NCBI GenBank assembly: GCA_965368975.1
Contig: CBDUPA010000013.1
Span: 1-64,000 of the forward strand
Length of the DNA: 64,000 bases
Reading direction: 5' to 3'
Origin: an uncultured bacterium
Lineage (GTDB): Bacteria; Acidobacteriota; Thermoanaerobaculia; Multivoradales; JAHZIX01
This document shows, piece by piece, positions 18,800 to 28,672 of the stretch. Position numbers and translations under genes: made by a program. The notes below the pieces were generated by a model. The model made no database searches and was not told the DNA's origin. It saw only the letters and a list, made by a program, of their open reading frames with translations. Each line of letters begins with the position of its first letter. Position 1 is the first letter of the stretch.

Positions 18800-19516
18800 T
18801 CAGGCCCCCGTTTCCCTGCTGGTTGCGGGCCCACTGCTCGTTGCAGCGTCCCCACTGGCTTGCAAGTGACGCCGACTCTTCAGTAGACCATCGAGCAGAC
18901 CGTTGATGAAGCGAGCGGACTGCTCGGTACCAAAGCGCTTGGCCAGCTCGATCGCCTCGTCGACGACCACCAGCTGCGGCGTTTCAGGCTCGAACATCAG
19001 CTCGAACACTGCCAAACGGAGAACATTGCGGTCTACGGCAGGCATGCGCTCCAGGCGCCAGTTGTCCGCCTGTCCCTGGATCACCTGATCGATTTCCGCC
19101 AGATGTGTAACGGTTCCCTGGACGAGTTCTCGTCCCTTGCGGAAGGCCTGCTCGAATAGCTTGCGGTTGTGCGCCAGTTCTTGGCTGGCTGCCTGCTCGC
19201 CTTCTTCGCTGTCCTCCGGATGCAGGGCACGTACGTAGTCCTCGGGCCGGAAGGTCTCGAAGACCTGATGCAGAGTGCTATCGCCCATATCACGCTGGTA
19301 GAGCATCTGCACCGCCATCTCGCGGGCAACACGGCGCTTTCCCTTGGCACTGCCTGGGCTACCGCTACGCCCCTTGCCCCGCCCTCGACGCCGACCGCCG
19401 GAAGGCTTGGAGGCGCGGCTGCCAGGAGCCGTCTGGCTCGGTTCAGCCGTGCGGCCGTGGCCGTTCGCCGCACCTTCCTGGCTCCGCGTGTCGCTTTGCT
19501 CTTCGTGCTCCGCCAT
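18800..19516 (-). CDS. nusB: Transcription antitermination factor NusB
   Basis: RRVAREMAVQMLYQ, WRLERMPAVDRNVLRLA and EAIELAKRFG...FINGLLD. Confidence 0.95.
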   Translation of the reverse strand: MAEHEEQSDTRSQEGAANGHGRTAEPSQTAPGSRASKPSGGRRRGRGKGRSGSPGSAKGKRRVAREMAVQMLYQRDMGDSTLHQVFETFRPEDYVRALHPEDSEEGEQAASQELAHNRKLFEQAFRKGRELVQGTVTHLAEIDQVIQGQADNWRLERMPAVDRNVLRLAVFELMFEPETPQLVVVDEAIELAKRFGTEQSARFINGLLDGLLKSRRHLQASGDAATSSGPATSRETGA

Positions 19517-19541
19517 CACACTCGCTCCCCTTCCCTGGACA

Positions 19542-20069
19542 TCAAGCCGGGTCTCGTAGCTGGGCCAGCAGATCGACCATCTCGAGTGTAGCCAGGGCGG
19601 CTTCGGTTCCCTTGTTGCCCGCCTTGCCGCCACTGCGCTCTTCGGCCTGTTGCGGCGTATCACAGGTCAACAAGCCGAATCCGATCGGTAGGCTGCTGTC
19701 GGCCTGGACGCGTGCGACGCCACTGGTGCAGGCACTACAGACGTAGTCGAAGTGCGGCGTTTCACCCCGGATCACGACACCGAGGGCGATCAGGCCATCG
19801 AACGTACCGCGCTTGGCCAATACGTCAAGTGCCGGTGGGATCTCCCAAGCGCCGGGGACGCGTACCACTTTGATGTGCCGACGGTCGACACCGTGCCGAA
19901 CCAGGGCGTCGACGGCGCCATCGACCAGCAGCCGCACGTGGCGCTCGTTGAAGCGCGATGCGACGACGGCGAAACGCCGAGACGCGCCTTCGGGCGTGGT
20001 GCCACGAAGGTAGCCAGCCTGCTCAGAGAGCGGCGAATCTGCGTGCGGGGAATGGGAAAGGTCGCTCAT
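19542..20069 (-). CDS. ribH: 6,7-dimethyl-8-ribityllumazine synthase
   Basis: VPGAWEIP, GVVIRGETPHFDYV and GKAGNKG. Confidence 0.97.
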   Translation of the reverse strand: MSDLSHSPHADSPLSEQAGYLRGTTPEGASRRFAVVASRFNERHVRLLVDGAVDALVRHGVDRRHIKVVRVPGAWEIPPALDVLAKRGTFDGLIALGVVIRGETPHFDYVCSACTSGVARVQADSSLPIGFGLLTCDTPQQAEERSGGKAGNKGTEAALATLEMVDLLAQLRDPA

Positions 20070-20181
20070 TCTGCAAGCCTCGCGGTCAGGTCCGGTTGTG
20101 GGTACCGCGCGAGTGGAGCGGGCCGGAGCGGTGGATACGGACTGAGCTCAGGTACTCGAGCTTAGATGATCGGCTAAGGTG

Positions 20182-20258
20182 TGGTCGGGACGCCGGGATT
20201 TGAACCCGGGACCACCTGAACCCCATTCAGGTACGCTACCAGACTGCGCCACGTCCCG
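20182..20258 (-). tRNA. tRNA-Pro(GGG)
   Basis: CGGGACGTGGCGCAGTCTGGTAGCGTACCTGAATGGGGTTCAGGTGGTCCCGGGTTCAAATCCCGGCGTCCCGACCA folds as a cloverleaf with anticodon GGG. Confidence 0.96.
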
Positions 20259-20336
20259 TTCTGTCTCTAGCTGATTCTCTCTAGCTGACTCGTGTAAGCC
20301 GACTCCGGCTCTGCCGGGGGTCGAACCTAGCTCATC

Positions 20337-21101
20337 TTACTGCAGCGTCGACAGCAACTCTCGAGCTTGGCCCAGTGCCGTCTCGACGCCTTGGAGGAGG
20401 TTTTTTATCCTCTCTGCCTGCTGGCTGTCAAGTTCGTCCGCCTTTGCCGACGTCTTGGCTACCCGATCTTCCGTATCCTTGCCCAACAATTGCTTCTCTT
20501 GGCCTGGCGGCTGCTCGGGCGCGGCCGGCACAGGCGCGGCCGGCACAGGCGCGGCCGGCCTGGCTGAATCCCTGTTCGCTGTTGCGGGCTCTTTCTCCGC
20601 TGCAGGCTTTGTCTCCCCTGCACGCTTTGACTCCGCTGCAGGCCCTGTCTTCGTCTTCACTGTCGCCTTTGTCTTCGCTGGAGTCTTCTCGGCCAATGCT
20701 GGCTTGCTCGCGCCTTCCTGTTGCTGGACATCCTGGGGCTCGACATCCTGTTGCTGGGCTTCCAGGCGCTGGGCTTCCAGGAGCTGGGCTTCCAGGCGCT
20801 GGCGGGCTCCAGGCAAGGTCAGGCCTTCATCGTAGACCATGGCCTTGATGCGCCGGATGACCTCCAAATCGGCCTCTGAATACGAGCGTTGCCCAGATTT
20901 GCTCTTCGTCGGTTCGAGCACCGGAAACTCGCTCTCCCAGACGTTGAGCACGTAGGGCTGGATGTCGAGTAGCCGGCAGACTTCGCCGATCTTGTAGCTG
21001 CGGGCACCCTTGCTCGACGCCTTACTGGCGGAGGCCTTGCCAGGAGATGTCTTGCGCCGGGTTGTGCGGCGGGAAGCGGAGGTTCGTGCTTTGGACGCCA
21101 T
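20337..21101 (-). CDS. MerR family transcriptional regulator with low-complexity tail
   Basis: YKIGEVCRLLDIQPYVLNVWESEFP...GQRSY...YDEGLTLPGAR; upstream of tRNA-Pro, as is common for this subfamily. Confidence 0.88.
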   Translation of the reverse strand: MASKARTSASRRTTRRKTSPGKASASKASSKGARSYKIGEVCRLLDIQPYVLNVWESEFPVLEPTKSKSGQRSYSEADLEVIRRIKAMVYDEGLTLPGARQRLEAQLLEAQRLEAQQQDVEPQDVQQQEGASKPALAEKTPAKTKATVKTKTGPAAESKRAGETKPAAEKEPATANRDSARPAAPVPAAPVPAAPEQPPGQEKQLLGKDTEDRVAKTSAKADELDSQQAERIKNLLQGVETALGQARELLSTLQ

Positions 21102-21151
21102 CAGGGGGGTGAGTATAGCGCACCGCGCTGCGGCGAAGTCGCTGTGTCGTG

Positions 21152-22450
21152 CTAGCGGCGACGAGTGACCAGGCGCAGCGGCACGCCGGGCAAGTCGATG
21201 GCTTCGCGCAGACGGTTGATTAGGTAGCGCCGATAGGGATCGCTCTGCTTCAGCACGCGATTGGCGAACAGCATGAAGGTGGGCGGTGCTTCCCCCACCT
21301 GTGTGGAGTAGAACAGGCGCCAGGAGCTGCCCTTGTACGTAGGTGGTGGCTGTCGCGCCACGGCGCGTTCGAAAATGCGGTTGAGCTCACCGGTGGTGAC
21401 GCGTGTGTGGTAGCGCTCGAGCGTCCGTTCGACCGCAGGGAAGAGCTTCTGCAACCCTCGGCCGCTCGTCGCCGAAACATTGATGCGCTCGGGCACTGCC
21501 AAGAGCTCGTCGAGCCGAGGCCACGACTCGTCGAGCCTCTTGCGTGCTGCCTCGTCGAGTAGATCCCACTTGTTCATCACCACGACCGCGGCACGGCCGA
21601 GGTCCCAGATCGAACCGGCGATCGACAGATCGTTGGTCGTCACGCCCTGCGCCGCATCGATCACTAGCACGGCCAGATCGGCGCGCTCGATCTGGCGCCG
21701 CGCCATCATCACGGCTAGCTCTTCTGGATGCCCAGAGACCTTGCCTCGACGACGGATCCCGGCGGTGTCGACCAGCAAGTAGGGCTTGCCTTCGCGCTCG
21801 ATCAGGGTGTCGACCGGATCCCGCGTGGTCCCCGCGACCGGCGACACCAGGCTGCGCTCGCTACCGACGATGCGATTGAGGATCGAGGACTTACCGACGT
21901 TCGGCCGCCCCACGATGGCCAGCGCGGGGGCTTCCGTGACAGGGGGTTCGAGCGCCGTGTCGGGGAGTTGTTCACCAACGGCCAGGCGCAATTCTTCGAT
22001 ACCCGAACCGTGCTCCGCCGAGACCAGGTAGAGATCGAGGCCGAACGTGTAGAACTGGTCGGCCTGCTCCCGTGCTATGCGTGTATCGGACTTGTTGACC
22101 ACCAGGAGTGCAGGCTTGCCGCAGCGGCGCAGTGTTTCCCACACCCGCTCATCCGCCGGCACCGGCCCGGCGGTCCCGTCGACGACGAAGAGCAGCAAGT
22201 CGCTCTCCTCCACCGCCAGCAAGACTTGCTCGTTGAGGCCCAGTGGATCGTCACCGGGAACGAGTCCACCGGTATCGATCAGCTGGCACGTGCCCTCGTC
22301 ACCGACACGCGCGCTGCCGGTGATGCGGTCGCGGGTGATGCCGGGAAGATCATGGACGATCGCTTGGCGGCGTCCAACGAGGCGATTGAACAGGGTTGAT
22401 TTGCCGACGTTCGGGCGGCCCACGATGGCCACGGTCGGGGTTACAGGCAT
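21152..22450 (-). CDS. der: Ribosome biogenesis GTPase Der (EngA)
   Basis: Two GRPNVGKS P-loops, TRD, DTxG and NKxD motifs, KH-like tail. Confidence 0.97.
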   Translation of the reverse strand: MPVTPTVAIVGRPNVGKSTLFNRLVGRRQAIVHDLPGITRDRITGSARVGDEGTCQLIDTGGLVPGDDPLGLNEQVLLAVEESDLLLFVVDGTAGPVPADERVWETLRRCGKPALLVVNKSDTRIAREQADQFYTFGLDLYLVSAEHGSGIEELRLAVGEQLPDTALEPPVTEAPALAIVGRPNVGKSSILNRIVGSERSLVSPVAGTTRDPVDTLIEREGKPYLLVDTAGIRRRGKVSGHPEELAVMMARRQIERADLAVLVIDAAQGVTTNDLSIAGSIWDLGRAAVVVMNKWDLLDEAARKRLDESWPRLDELLAVPERINVSATSGRGLQKLFPAVERTLERYHTRVTTGELNRIFERAVARQPPPTYKGSSWRLFYSTQVGEAPPTFMLFANRVLKQSDPYRRYLINRLREAIDLPGVPLRLVTRRR

Positions 22451-22496
22451 CGCGGGCTCCGTATCAAGGGACTGCGTGGATCTTCAGAGGAGAAGT

Positions 22497-23024
22497 TCAG
22501 AGGGTTTCTTCCAACTCGCGGTGCAGCACCTGCCAGCCATCTCCCAGCCGCTTGAGCTGGTACTTGACCCGGTTTGGCTGGTCTTCGGCCGACGACATCC
22601 GGAAGTCAGTACCGACGGCGAAGACCTCCAGGTCCCAGGTCTCCAGCGTTGTGACGTAGGCATTGGCATGGTTCCAGATGACGATGTCTTCGATGGTGAA
22701 GGTACGCATCTTCGGTTCGAGCCGCCTGCCTTCCTGGCGCAAGTCGAAAATCCGTCGGTCGATGCGGGCCCGTTCGCGCTCAGCGGCCACGGCAGCCATC
22801 ACTTCGGCATCGCCGCCGCTGTAGGCATCGCCGAGCAGGGGCAGGTACGTGTCGAGCAAGGTGCGAATCTGAGCCCGATCCTCGTCGGTGACCTCGTAGC
22901 CGGAAGAGCAAGCCGTGACTAGGGCCAGACTCGCAACGAGTAGGCCAACGGCGAGCCAGGTCGCAACGAACGGATGTGCAGGAGTGTGGATCGGGGTCGG
23001 CGTGAGTCGTCGCATCGTGTTCAT
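22497..23024 (-). CDS. Hypothetical lipoprotein
   Basis: GGAGG SD before ATG 23024; hydrophobic stretch ending in lipobox LVTAC. Confidence 0.65.
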   Translation of the reverse strand: MNTMRRLTPTPIHTPAHPFVATWLAVGLLVASLALVTACSSGYEVTDEDRAQIRTLLDTYLPLLGDAYSGGDAEVMAAVAAERERARIDRRIFDLRQEGRRLEPKMRTFTIEDIVIWNHANAYVTTLETWDLEVFAVGTDFRMSSAEDQPNRVKYQLKRLGDGWQVLHRELEETL

Positions 23025-23145
23025 TCTAGCAGTTACCTCCCTTTGTGCATTGGACCCGCGCCGCGTCTTTGCAGTTCCCTGGACCCAGAGCTGCAGTGGC
23101 TCGAGGCCAGCACCGGTGCGGGCAAGAAAATTCGCCTCAGAGGGT

Positions 23146-23174
23146 TTGACAAGGGCCAGGTCGCACCCTACAAT
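23146..23174 (+). promoter_or_regulatory. Sigma70 promoter of tRNA-Leu(CAG)/rex
   Basis: TTGACA, 17-bp spacer, TACAAT. Confidence 0.75.
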
Positions 23175-23211
23175 ACGCATTCTGTTGCGGGCGCTACGGC
23201 ACCGGCGACAC

Positions 23212-23298
23212 GCGAAAGTGGCGGAATTGGTAGACGCGCAAGATTCAGGTTCTTGTGTCCGCAAGGACGTGGGGGTTCGAGTCCCCCCTTTCGCACCA
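23212..23298 (+). tRNA. tRNA-Leu(CAG)
   Basis: GCGAAAGTGGCGGAATTGGTAGACGCG, anticodon arm CAAGA-TTCAGGT-TCTTG, long variable arm, GGTTCGAGTCC, CCA end. Confidence 0.96.
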
Positions 23299-23397
23299 AC
23301 TTCTCGTCCTCCGCACCAGGAGAGACGCGCACACGGCTCTGCCTCGGCAGAGCTGTTTTGCGTCTGGCGTTTCTGCAGCTTGAGTCAGCCCACCAGC

Positions 23398-23415
23398 TTG
23401 TGACATTCTTCACAA
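23398..23415. promoter_or_regulatory. Rex operator (ROP)
   Basis: TTGTGACATTCTTCACAA matches TTGTGAA-N4-TTCACAA with one mismatch, 4 nt before the rex ATG. Confidence 0.8.
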
Positions 23416-23419
23416 CTAC

Positions 23420-24061
23420 ATGAGCATGCTACCGCCGCTGCCCAGCGAGGTCTCCCCGCTGACCCTCAACCGGTTGTCCCTCTACCTGCGTTGCCTACGC
23501 CAACTGCAGGAGGCCGGTATCTCACGCACGTCGTCGCAGAGCCTGGCCGACAGGTACCGGCTGTCCGCGGCGCAGATCCGCAAGGACCTGGCGCAGTTCG
23601 GCGAGTTTGGCATTCGCGGCGTCGGGTATGACGTCGACGACCTTGCCGGCAGGCTGAGTCGTATTCTGCGCCTGGACGAACCCCACCCAATTGTGATCGT
23701 CGGGATGGGAAACCTGGGCACTGCACTCGCCAGCTACCTAGGCTTCAATCACGGCTCGTTCCAGGTGGTCGCCGGGGTCGACACCGATCCGTCCAAGGTC
23801 GGTCGACAGGTCGCCAGCTTCGTCGTGCGGCCGACCGAGGAGCTAGCCGAGGTAGTGCGCGAGAGCCAGGCGGAGATCGGTGTGCTGACGGTGCCGGCCC
23901 AAGCGGCGCAAAGCAACTACGACCGGCTGGTCGAGGCTGGCGTGCGCGCGGTGCTCAACTTCGCCCCCATCCGTTTGCGTGAAGCCGAAGGTGTATCGCT
24001 GAAGAATGTCGACTTGCGTATCCACCTCGAAGAGCTGGCGTTCTTCCTGCCTGGCCTCTGA
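23420..24061 (+). CDS. rex: Redox-sensing transcriptional repressor Rex
   Basis: RLSLYLRCL, QIRKDLAQFGEFGIRGVGY, GMGNLG Rossmann motif and LNFAP. Confidence 0.96.
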   Translation: MSMLPPLPSEVSPLTLNRLSLYLRCLRQLQEAGISRTSSQSLADRYRLSAAQIRKDLAQFGEFGIRGVGYDVDDLAGRLSRILRLDEPHPIVIVGMGNLGTALASYLGFNHGSFQVVAGVDTDPSKVGRQVASFVVRPTEELAEVVRESQAEIGVLTVPAQAAQSNYDRLVEAGVRAVLNFAPIRLREAEGVSLKNVDLRIHLEELAFFLPGL

Positions 24062-24075
24062 GACTCCGGCCGACT

Positions 24076-25056
24076 TCAACCGGCACTCTGCACGTGCGTG
24101 TCCTTGGCTGCCGGCTTCTTCGCAGGGGGTGCGGAGGCCTTGCGAGCACGGGCTTCCTGAGCCACCTGTTCGAAGAATCCACTGATCAGTTCGCCGGCAC
24201 GCTGTACCATCTCACCGCCGTCCTGGATGCGGCTGAAGAGGGTCCGGTACGTGCTGTTGAGGGTGTCGAGATCACCGTCGCGCAGCAGCTTGACGACTTC
24301 TAGCAGCAAGCGTCGATTGTCGTTGTTCTGGCGACCGGCCCCCAGTTCCTGCTCCAGCGCCATCATGGCGAAGAAGAGCGGGTCCGGTAGCTGCTGCATG
24401 GTGTCGGGATCGGCCGCGGCAAGAAACGACAACGAGTCGGCGGCTCCGGTGTCGTCAAGATCCGACGCCACTTGCCCGTCGACAATTGCCTCTCCCGTGA
24501 CCTCGATCTCACCTGCGGCATGCTGCGGTCCGGCTTCGATCACCGCCTCGGCGGTCATCCGCGCGGCAGCGCCGCCTGCTGGCAGGCTCGCGACGCTGCC
24601 AGCCGGAGTGCGGCCGGCGGGCAGGAAGGGTAGCTCTTGGACCTGCGGCGCAAACCTCGAGAACAGGAAGAACAGCTCTTTCTCGGAACCGAAGTTGCCG
24701 ACCAAGCGTGCCCCCTTGGCAAGTTCGAGCTTCTCGGTGTCCTGCAGCACGATGTGCGCGCGCGCGCCGTCTTCGAGCTGCAAGCAGGAGGCCGCGACGC
24801 GCCAGGCGGTCAAGCTGCCCTGGACGTAGCAGGTCTCGGCGCAGCGTACGCTCACCGCCTCGACTTCCACGTTGGGCTCGACGCGGATCGACCCGCGCAC
24901 CGATTCCAGGTTACCGTAGTGGCCCGAGTGCTGGATCACCAAGTTGCCCGGGGCACGAACCGACAGCTGACCCCGTTCGTCGACGGTGATCTCGGTTCCC
25001 CGAGGGATGATCATGGTCGGAGCGGTTTCTTCGGCTCCGTTCATCGTCTTGGACAT
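24076..25056 (-). CDS. Hypothetical protein with a putative bactofilin-like beta-helix N-terminal domain
   Basis: IIPRGTEITV...GNLVI...GSIRV...YVQGSL...LEDGARA short beta repeats; directly downstream of an M23 peptidase. Confidence 0.55.
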   Translation of the reverse strand: MSKTMNGAEETAPTMIIPRGTEITVDERGQLSVRAPGNLVIQHSGHYGNLESVRGSIRVEPNVEVEAVSVRCAETCYVQGSLTAWRVAASCLQLEDGARAHIVLQDTEKLELAKGARLVGNFGSEKELFFLFSRFAPQVQELPFLPAGRTPAGSVASLPAGGAAARMTAEAVIEAGPQHAAGEIEVTGEAIVDGQVASDLDDTGAADSLSFLAAADPDTMQQLPDPLFFAMMALEQELGAGRQNNDNRRLLLEVVKLLRDGDLDTLNSTYRTLFSRIQDGGEMVQRAGELISGFFEQVAQEARARKASAPPAKKPAAKDTHVQSAG

Positions 25057-25075
25057 GCTGGGTCCTTCCACGGCC

Positions 25076-26128
25076 TCAGCGCGCGATGTTGCGCGGTAGG
25101 GGCTCGAAATCTTCGAAAGCCGGCGCCGTTCGACTGGCGACCAGCAGTTTCTCGCGATCCACCAGTTCCTGGTCGAGCATGTAGATCCGAGGATCGACCG
25201 GCTCTCCCCCGCTGCTCTCTTCGCTCAGCCGGCGAACTTCGTAGTGCAGATGTGGGCTGGTGCTCCAACCCGTACTGCCGACGGTGGCGATGATGTCGCC
25301 ACGTTGGACTCGCTGGCCGCGCTGGACTCGCACTTCGTGACAGTGAGCGTAGAGGGTGACGAACTCGTCACCGTGGCGCAACACGACCAGGTTGCCGTAG
25401 CGCCACCAATGGACGCTGCTGCGCAGGCGATAGCGGCCGGCGAAGGTCACGACCCCTGCCGCAGCTGCCTTGATCGTCGTTCCTTCGGGGGCGGCCATGT
25501 CGATGCCGTGGTGGAAGTCGCGCGCCTTGGTGAAGGGGTTCTGTCGATAGCCGAACGGGCTGGTGAGAACGAAGTCGTCCCGTTCCAGCGGACTCACCGT
25601 CGGTGTCTGAGCGACCTGCTCGCGGTGACTCTGCTCGAAACTACCGATTTCTTCGAGCAAGGTCTCGACGACTTCCAGCCGCTCCTCTATGCGTGCTTCG
25701 AGCACGTATCCGCGTTGAATGACGCCACGGTAGATCGACTCCGGGGCCTGCCGCGGCTCGATCGGATAGCCTCCCTGGCCGATGCTTTCGTCGACCTTCA
25801 AACCATAGGCCATCTGGATGTGCTGCACCTGCAGGTAGAGATGATCGGCGCGCTTGCGCAGCTCGGTCATCTCGCTTGCGTGCGCTTGTAGATCCGGGCG
25901 TACGGACTCACGCTCTCCTTCGAGCGTGGCGTAGCGGCTGCGCTGCAATAACTCGTACAGCACCCCTGGGGCGACGCTCAGACTCCAGCCGATGAACAGG
26001 AGGTAGGCGAACACCGCGGCGCCGCCGATGATCAGTTGCTTGCGGCTGAGGAACAGGTAGCGCACCGAGCGGCGAATGTCGCTCGGGTGGATCTGTATCT
26101 CGAGTCTAGAGTCCTTCTGCATGCTCAT
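25076..26128 (-). CDS. M23 family metallopeptidase (TM, coiled coil, M23)
   Basis: TSPFGYRQNP, HHGIDM (HxxxD), YGNLV and GSTGWSTSPHLHYEV (HxH). Confidence 0.93.
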   Translation of the reverse strand: MSMQKDSRLEIQIHPSDIRRSVRYLFLSRKQLIIGGAAVFAYLLFIGWSLSVAPGVLYELLQRSRYATLEGERESVRPDLQAHASEMTELRKRADHLYLQVQHIQMAYGLKVDESIGQGGYPIEPRQAPESIYRGVIQRGYVLEARIEERLEVVETLLEEIGSFEQSHREQVAQTPTVSPLERDDFVLTSPFGYRQNPFTKARDFHHGIDMAAPEGTTIKAAAAGVVTFAGRYRLRSSVHWWRYGNLVVLRHGDEFVTLYAHCHEVRVQRGQRVQRGDIIATVGSTGWSTSPHLHYEVRRLSEESSGGEPVDPRIYMLDQELVDREKLLVASRTAPAFEDFEPLPRNIAR

Positions 26129-26194
26129 AGGTCCTCGGCCAGGTTCACGGTGTGGCCAGGAGTTCTCCCGCATTCGCCAATGCGCGTACACAGT

Positions 26195-26289
26195 ACCATC
26201 TGCGCGGCTCCGCCGTCGACACCACCTGCGCGGCTCCGCCGTCGACACACCTGCGCGGCTCCGCCATCGACACCACCTGTGCAGCTCCG
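26195..26289. repeat. Tandem repeat, 25-26-bp unit, about 3.7 copies
   Basis: ACCACCTGCGCGGCTCCGCCGTCGAC-like units at 26195, 26221, 26247 and 26272, with no spacers. Confidence 0.85.
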
Positions 26290-26320
26290 GGAACGAGTGT
26301 CCTCCAAAGAGGACGTCGAT

Positions 26321-27259
26321 CTAGGGAGCCGCGCCTAGGCGACGGCCAAGTTCGGCTTCGTTAGCGTGACGACCGATCAAGGCTCGCAGAGGTTCATGCA
26401 AATCCGGTGCCCCAGCCACCAGATTGCCGGTCTCGAGATAGCGGTTGCCGCCATCGAGGTCACTAATGCGACCTCCGGCCTCCTCCACCAGCAGCGCACC
26501 AGCGGCAATGTCCCAGGCGGCCAGACCGAGTTCGAAGAAGCCGTCGTAGACACCGGCCGCCGTGTACGCGAGATCGAGGGCAGCGGCACCGCAGCGCCGC
26601 AGAGCGCGGCTGCGGCCGAAGACCTGGCGGAACATGTCGAGGTAAAGATCGGTGACGGCAGGTGAGCGTAGCGGGAATCCCGTTGCCAGAAACGCATCGC
26701 TCAGGGTGTTGCACTCAGAGACTCGCAGTGGTCGCTCATTCCAGCGACCTCCGAGGCCTCGGGCAGCGCTGAACAGGTGCTGACCGATCGGATCGAGAAC
26801 GACCGCGGCCTCGATCTGTCCCGCACTTGCAGCTTCCCTGCGCGCAGAATCTTGGTCCGAGAGCTCAGGCTGCGGCGGATTCTGCGACACCTGGCGGCAG
26901 GCGATCGAGACGCAGAACATCGGCAGCCCTTGCAGGAAGTTCGTGGTGCCATCGAGCGGGTCGATGATCCATTCGATGCCCGCCCCTTGTAGACCACCCA
27001 GGCCTGCCTCGGCTCCCCCCTCCTCGGCGAGAATCGCATGCTCAGGGAAACGGCGCCGAATTTCGGCGACTACCTGACGCTCACTGTCGGTATCGGCACG
27101 ACTGACCAGGTCACGATTGCTCCCCTTGGCGCGAACCTCCAACTGATCGCGCCGCCGGAAGTAGTGTTGGAGTACGTCGCCTCCTGCCTGAGCAGCCAGA
27201 ATCGCGGTCTCCAGGAGAGCTGCCGCCGTGATGGGGGTCTCAGGCACGGTCGGCAGCAT
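26321..27259 (-). CDS. suhB: Inositol monophosphatase family protein (SuhB-like)
   Basis: WIIDPLDGTTNF, RRCGAAALDLAY and WDIAAG. Confidence 0.9.
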   Translation of the reverse strand: MLPTVPETPITAAALLETAILAAQAGGDVLQHYFRRRDQLEVRAKGSNRDLVSRADTDSERQVVAEIRRRFPEHAILAEEGGAEAGLGGLQGAGIEWIIDPLDGTTNFLQGLPMFCVSIACRQVSQNPPQPELSDQDSARREAASAGQIEAAVVLDPIGQHLFSAARGLGGRWNERPLRVSECNTLSDAFLATGFPLRSPAVTDLYLDMFRQVFGRSRALRRCGAAALDLAYTAAGVYDGFFELGLAAWDIAAGALLVEEAGGRISDLDGGNRYLETGNLVAGAPDLHEPLRALIGRHANEAELGRRLGAAP

Positions 27260-27313
27260 CCTTGGACGGCCACCCCGGCTGCAGACATCGCAGGCCTGGT
27301 CGGTGGGCGCCGA

Positions 27314-28672
27314 TCACGCGGCCTTCGGATCGACGCTACGGCCAGCAAGCAGGGTGGCCACGGGCGCGCCGCGTAGTTTGCGGCCACCGAAGGGGGTGCT
27401 GCGGCCCTTGCTGTGGAAGGTCTCGGCGTCGACCGTGACGTTGCGATCGAGGTGGAAGAGCGTTACATCCGCGACGCTGCCGGGGACCAGCGTGCCGCCG
27501 GCAATGCCGAGGACGCTCGCGGGGCCGGTGGTCAGCAACTCGATCAGACGCGACAGGGAGAGTACGCCAGAGTGCACCAGCACGTCGAGGCACAGGCTGA
27601 GCGTCGTTTCGAGGCCGACGATGCCAAAGGGAGCGACGCTGAACTCGACATCCTTCTCGTCTGCATGGTGGGGGGCGTGATCCGAGGCGATGGCGTCGAT
27701 GGTGCCGTCGACCAAGCCCTCGATCAGCTCCTTGCGGTCGGCCTCGGAGCGCAGGGGTGGTTTCATCTTGCAGTCGCATGAGAAACCAGTCTGTGCCACT
27801 GCTTCGTCGGTCAGGACCAGGTGATGCGGCGTCACCTCACAGGTGACCTTGAAGCCGCGCGCCTTGGCCTCGCGCACCATGCGCAGGCTGCGCCCCGTCG
27901 ACAGGTGGGCGACGTGGTAGCGGCCGGCCGTGTCTTCAGCGAGGATGATGTCGCGCGCGACTATGACATCCTCGGACGCCCCCGGAATACCGGGCAGTCC
28001 TAGGCGCGTCGACCACTCCCCTTCGTGCATCACGCCCTTGCCCGTCAGGTCGAGGTCCTCGGCGTGTTGAATCACGGGGATATCGAAGTGACGCGCGTAG
28101 AGCAGAGCGCGGCGCATCAGCTCGGCGTTCTTCACCGGCAGTCCATCATCGGAAATGGCGACCGTGCCGGCGGCGACCATGTCGCCGATCTCGGCCAGTT
28201 GCTGGCCCGCCAGTCCCTTGCTCACAGCCCCGATCGGGTGCACGCGCGCGTAGCCCCACTTCTCGGCTTCCCCGACAATGTGCCGCGTCACCGACGCGTT
28301 GTCGTGCACCGGAGCCGTGTTGGCCATGCAGGCCACCGCGGTAAACCCGCCGGCTGCCGCCGCCCGCGTACCAGTTTCCACGGTTTCCTTGTACTCCTGC
28401 CCCGGTTCGCGCAGGTGGACGTGCATGTCGATCAGCCCTGGGCACACGACCAGGTCCGAGGCGTCGAGAACCTCAGCGCCCTTGGGAGCGTTCAGGCTCT
28501 CGCCGACCTGACTGACGTAGCCGTCTTCGATCAGCACATCGAGGAAGGCGTCGACATCCTGGCTTGGGTCGACCAGACGGCCACCGCGGATGAGCAATGC
28601 CTCACTGCTCTCTGCGTGCTTGGCACCGCGTTGCGTTGTCGGGGCCTTCGTCTTGTTCTGCGCCGCCGTCAT
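27314..28672 (-). CDS. pyrC: Dihydroorotase
   Basis: [17 protein letters not shown] and ASDHAPH. Confidence 0.95.
   Translation of the reverse strand: MTAAQNKTKAPTTQRGAKHAESSEALLIRGGRLVDPSQDVDAFLDVLIEDGYVSQVGESLNAPKGAEVLDASDLVVCPGLIDMHVHLREPGQEYKETVETGTRAAAAGGFTAVACMANTAPVHDNASVTRHIVGEAEKWGYARVHPIGAVSKGLAGQQLAEIGDMVAAGTVAISDDGLPVKNAELMRRALLYARHFDIPVIQHAEDLDLTGKGVMHEGEWSTRLGLPGIPGASEDVIVARDIILAEDTAGRYHVAHLSTGRSLRMVREAKARGFKVTCEVTPHHLVLTDEAVAQTGFSCDCKMKPPLRSEADRKELIEGLVDGTIDAIASDHAPHHADEKDVEFSVAPFGIVGLETTLSLCLDVLVHSGVLSLSRLIELLTTGPASVLGIAGGTLVPGSVADVTLFHLDRNVTVDAETFHSKGRSTPFGGRKLRGAPVATLLAGRSVDPKAA

Noticed and set aside
26195-26289. CRISPR-like repeats
   Set aside because: Units are head-to-tail with no unique spacers
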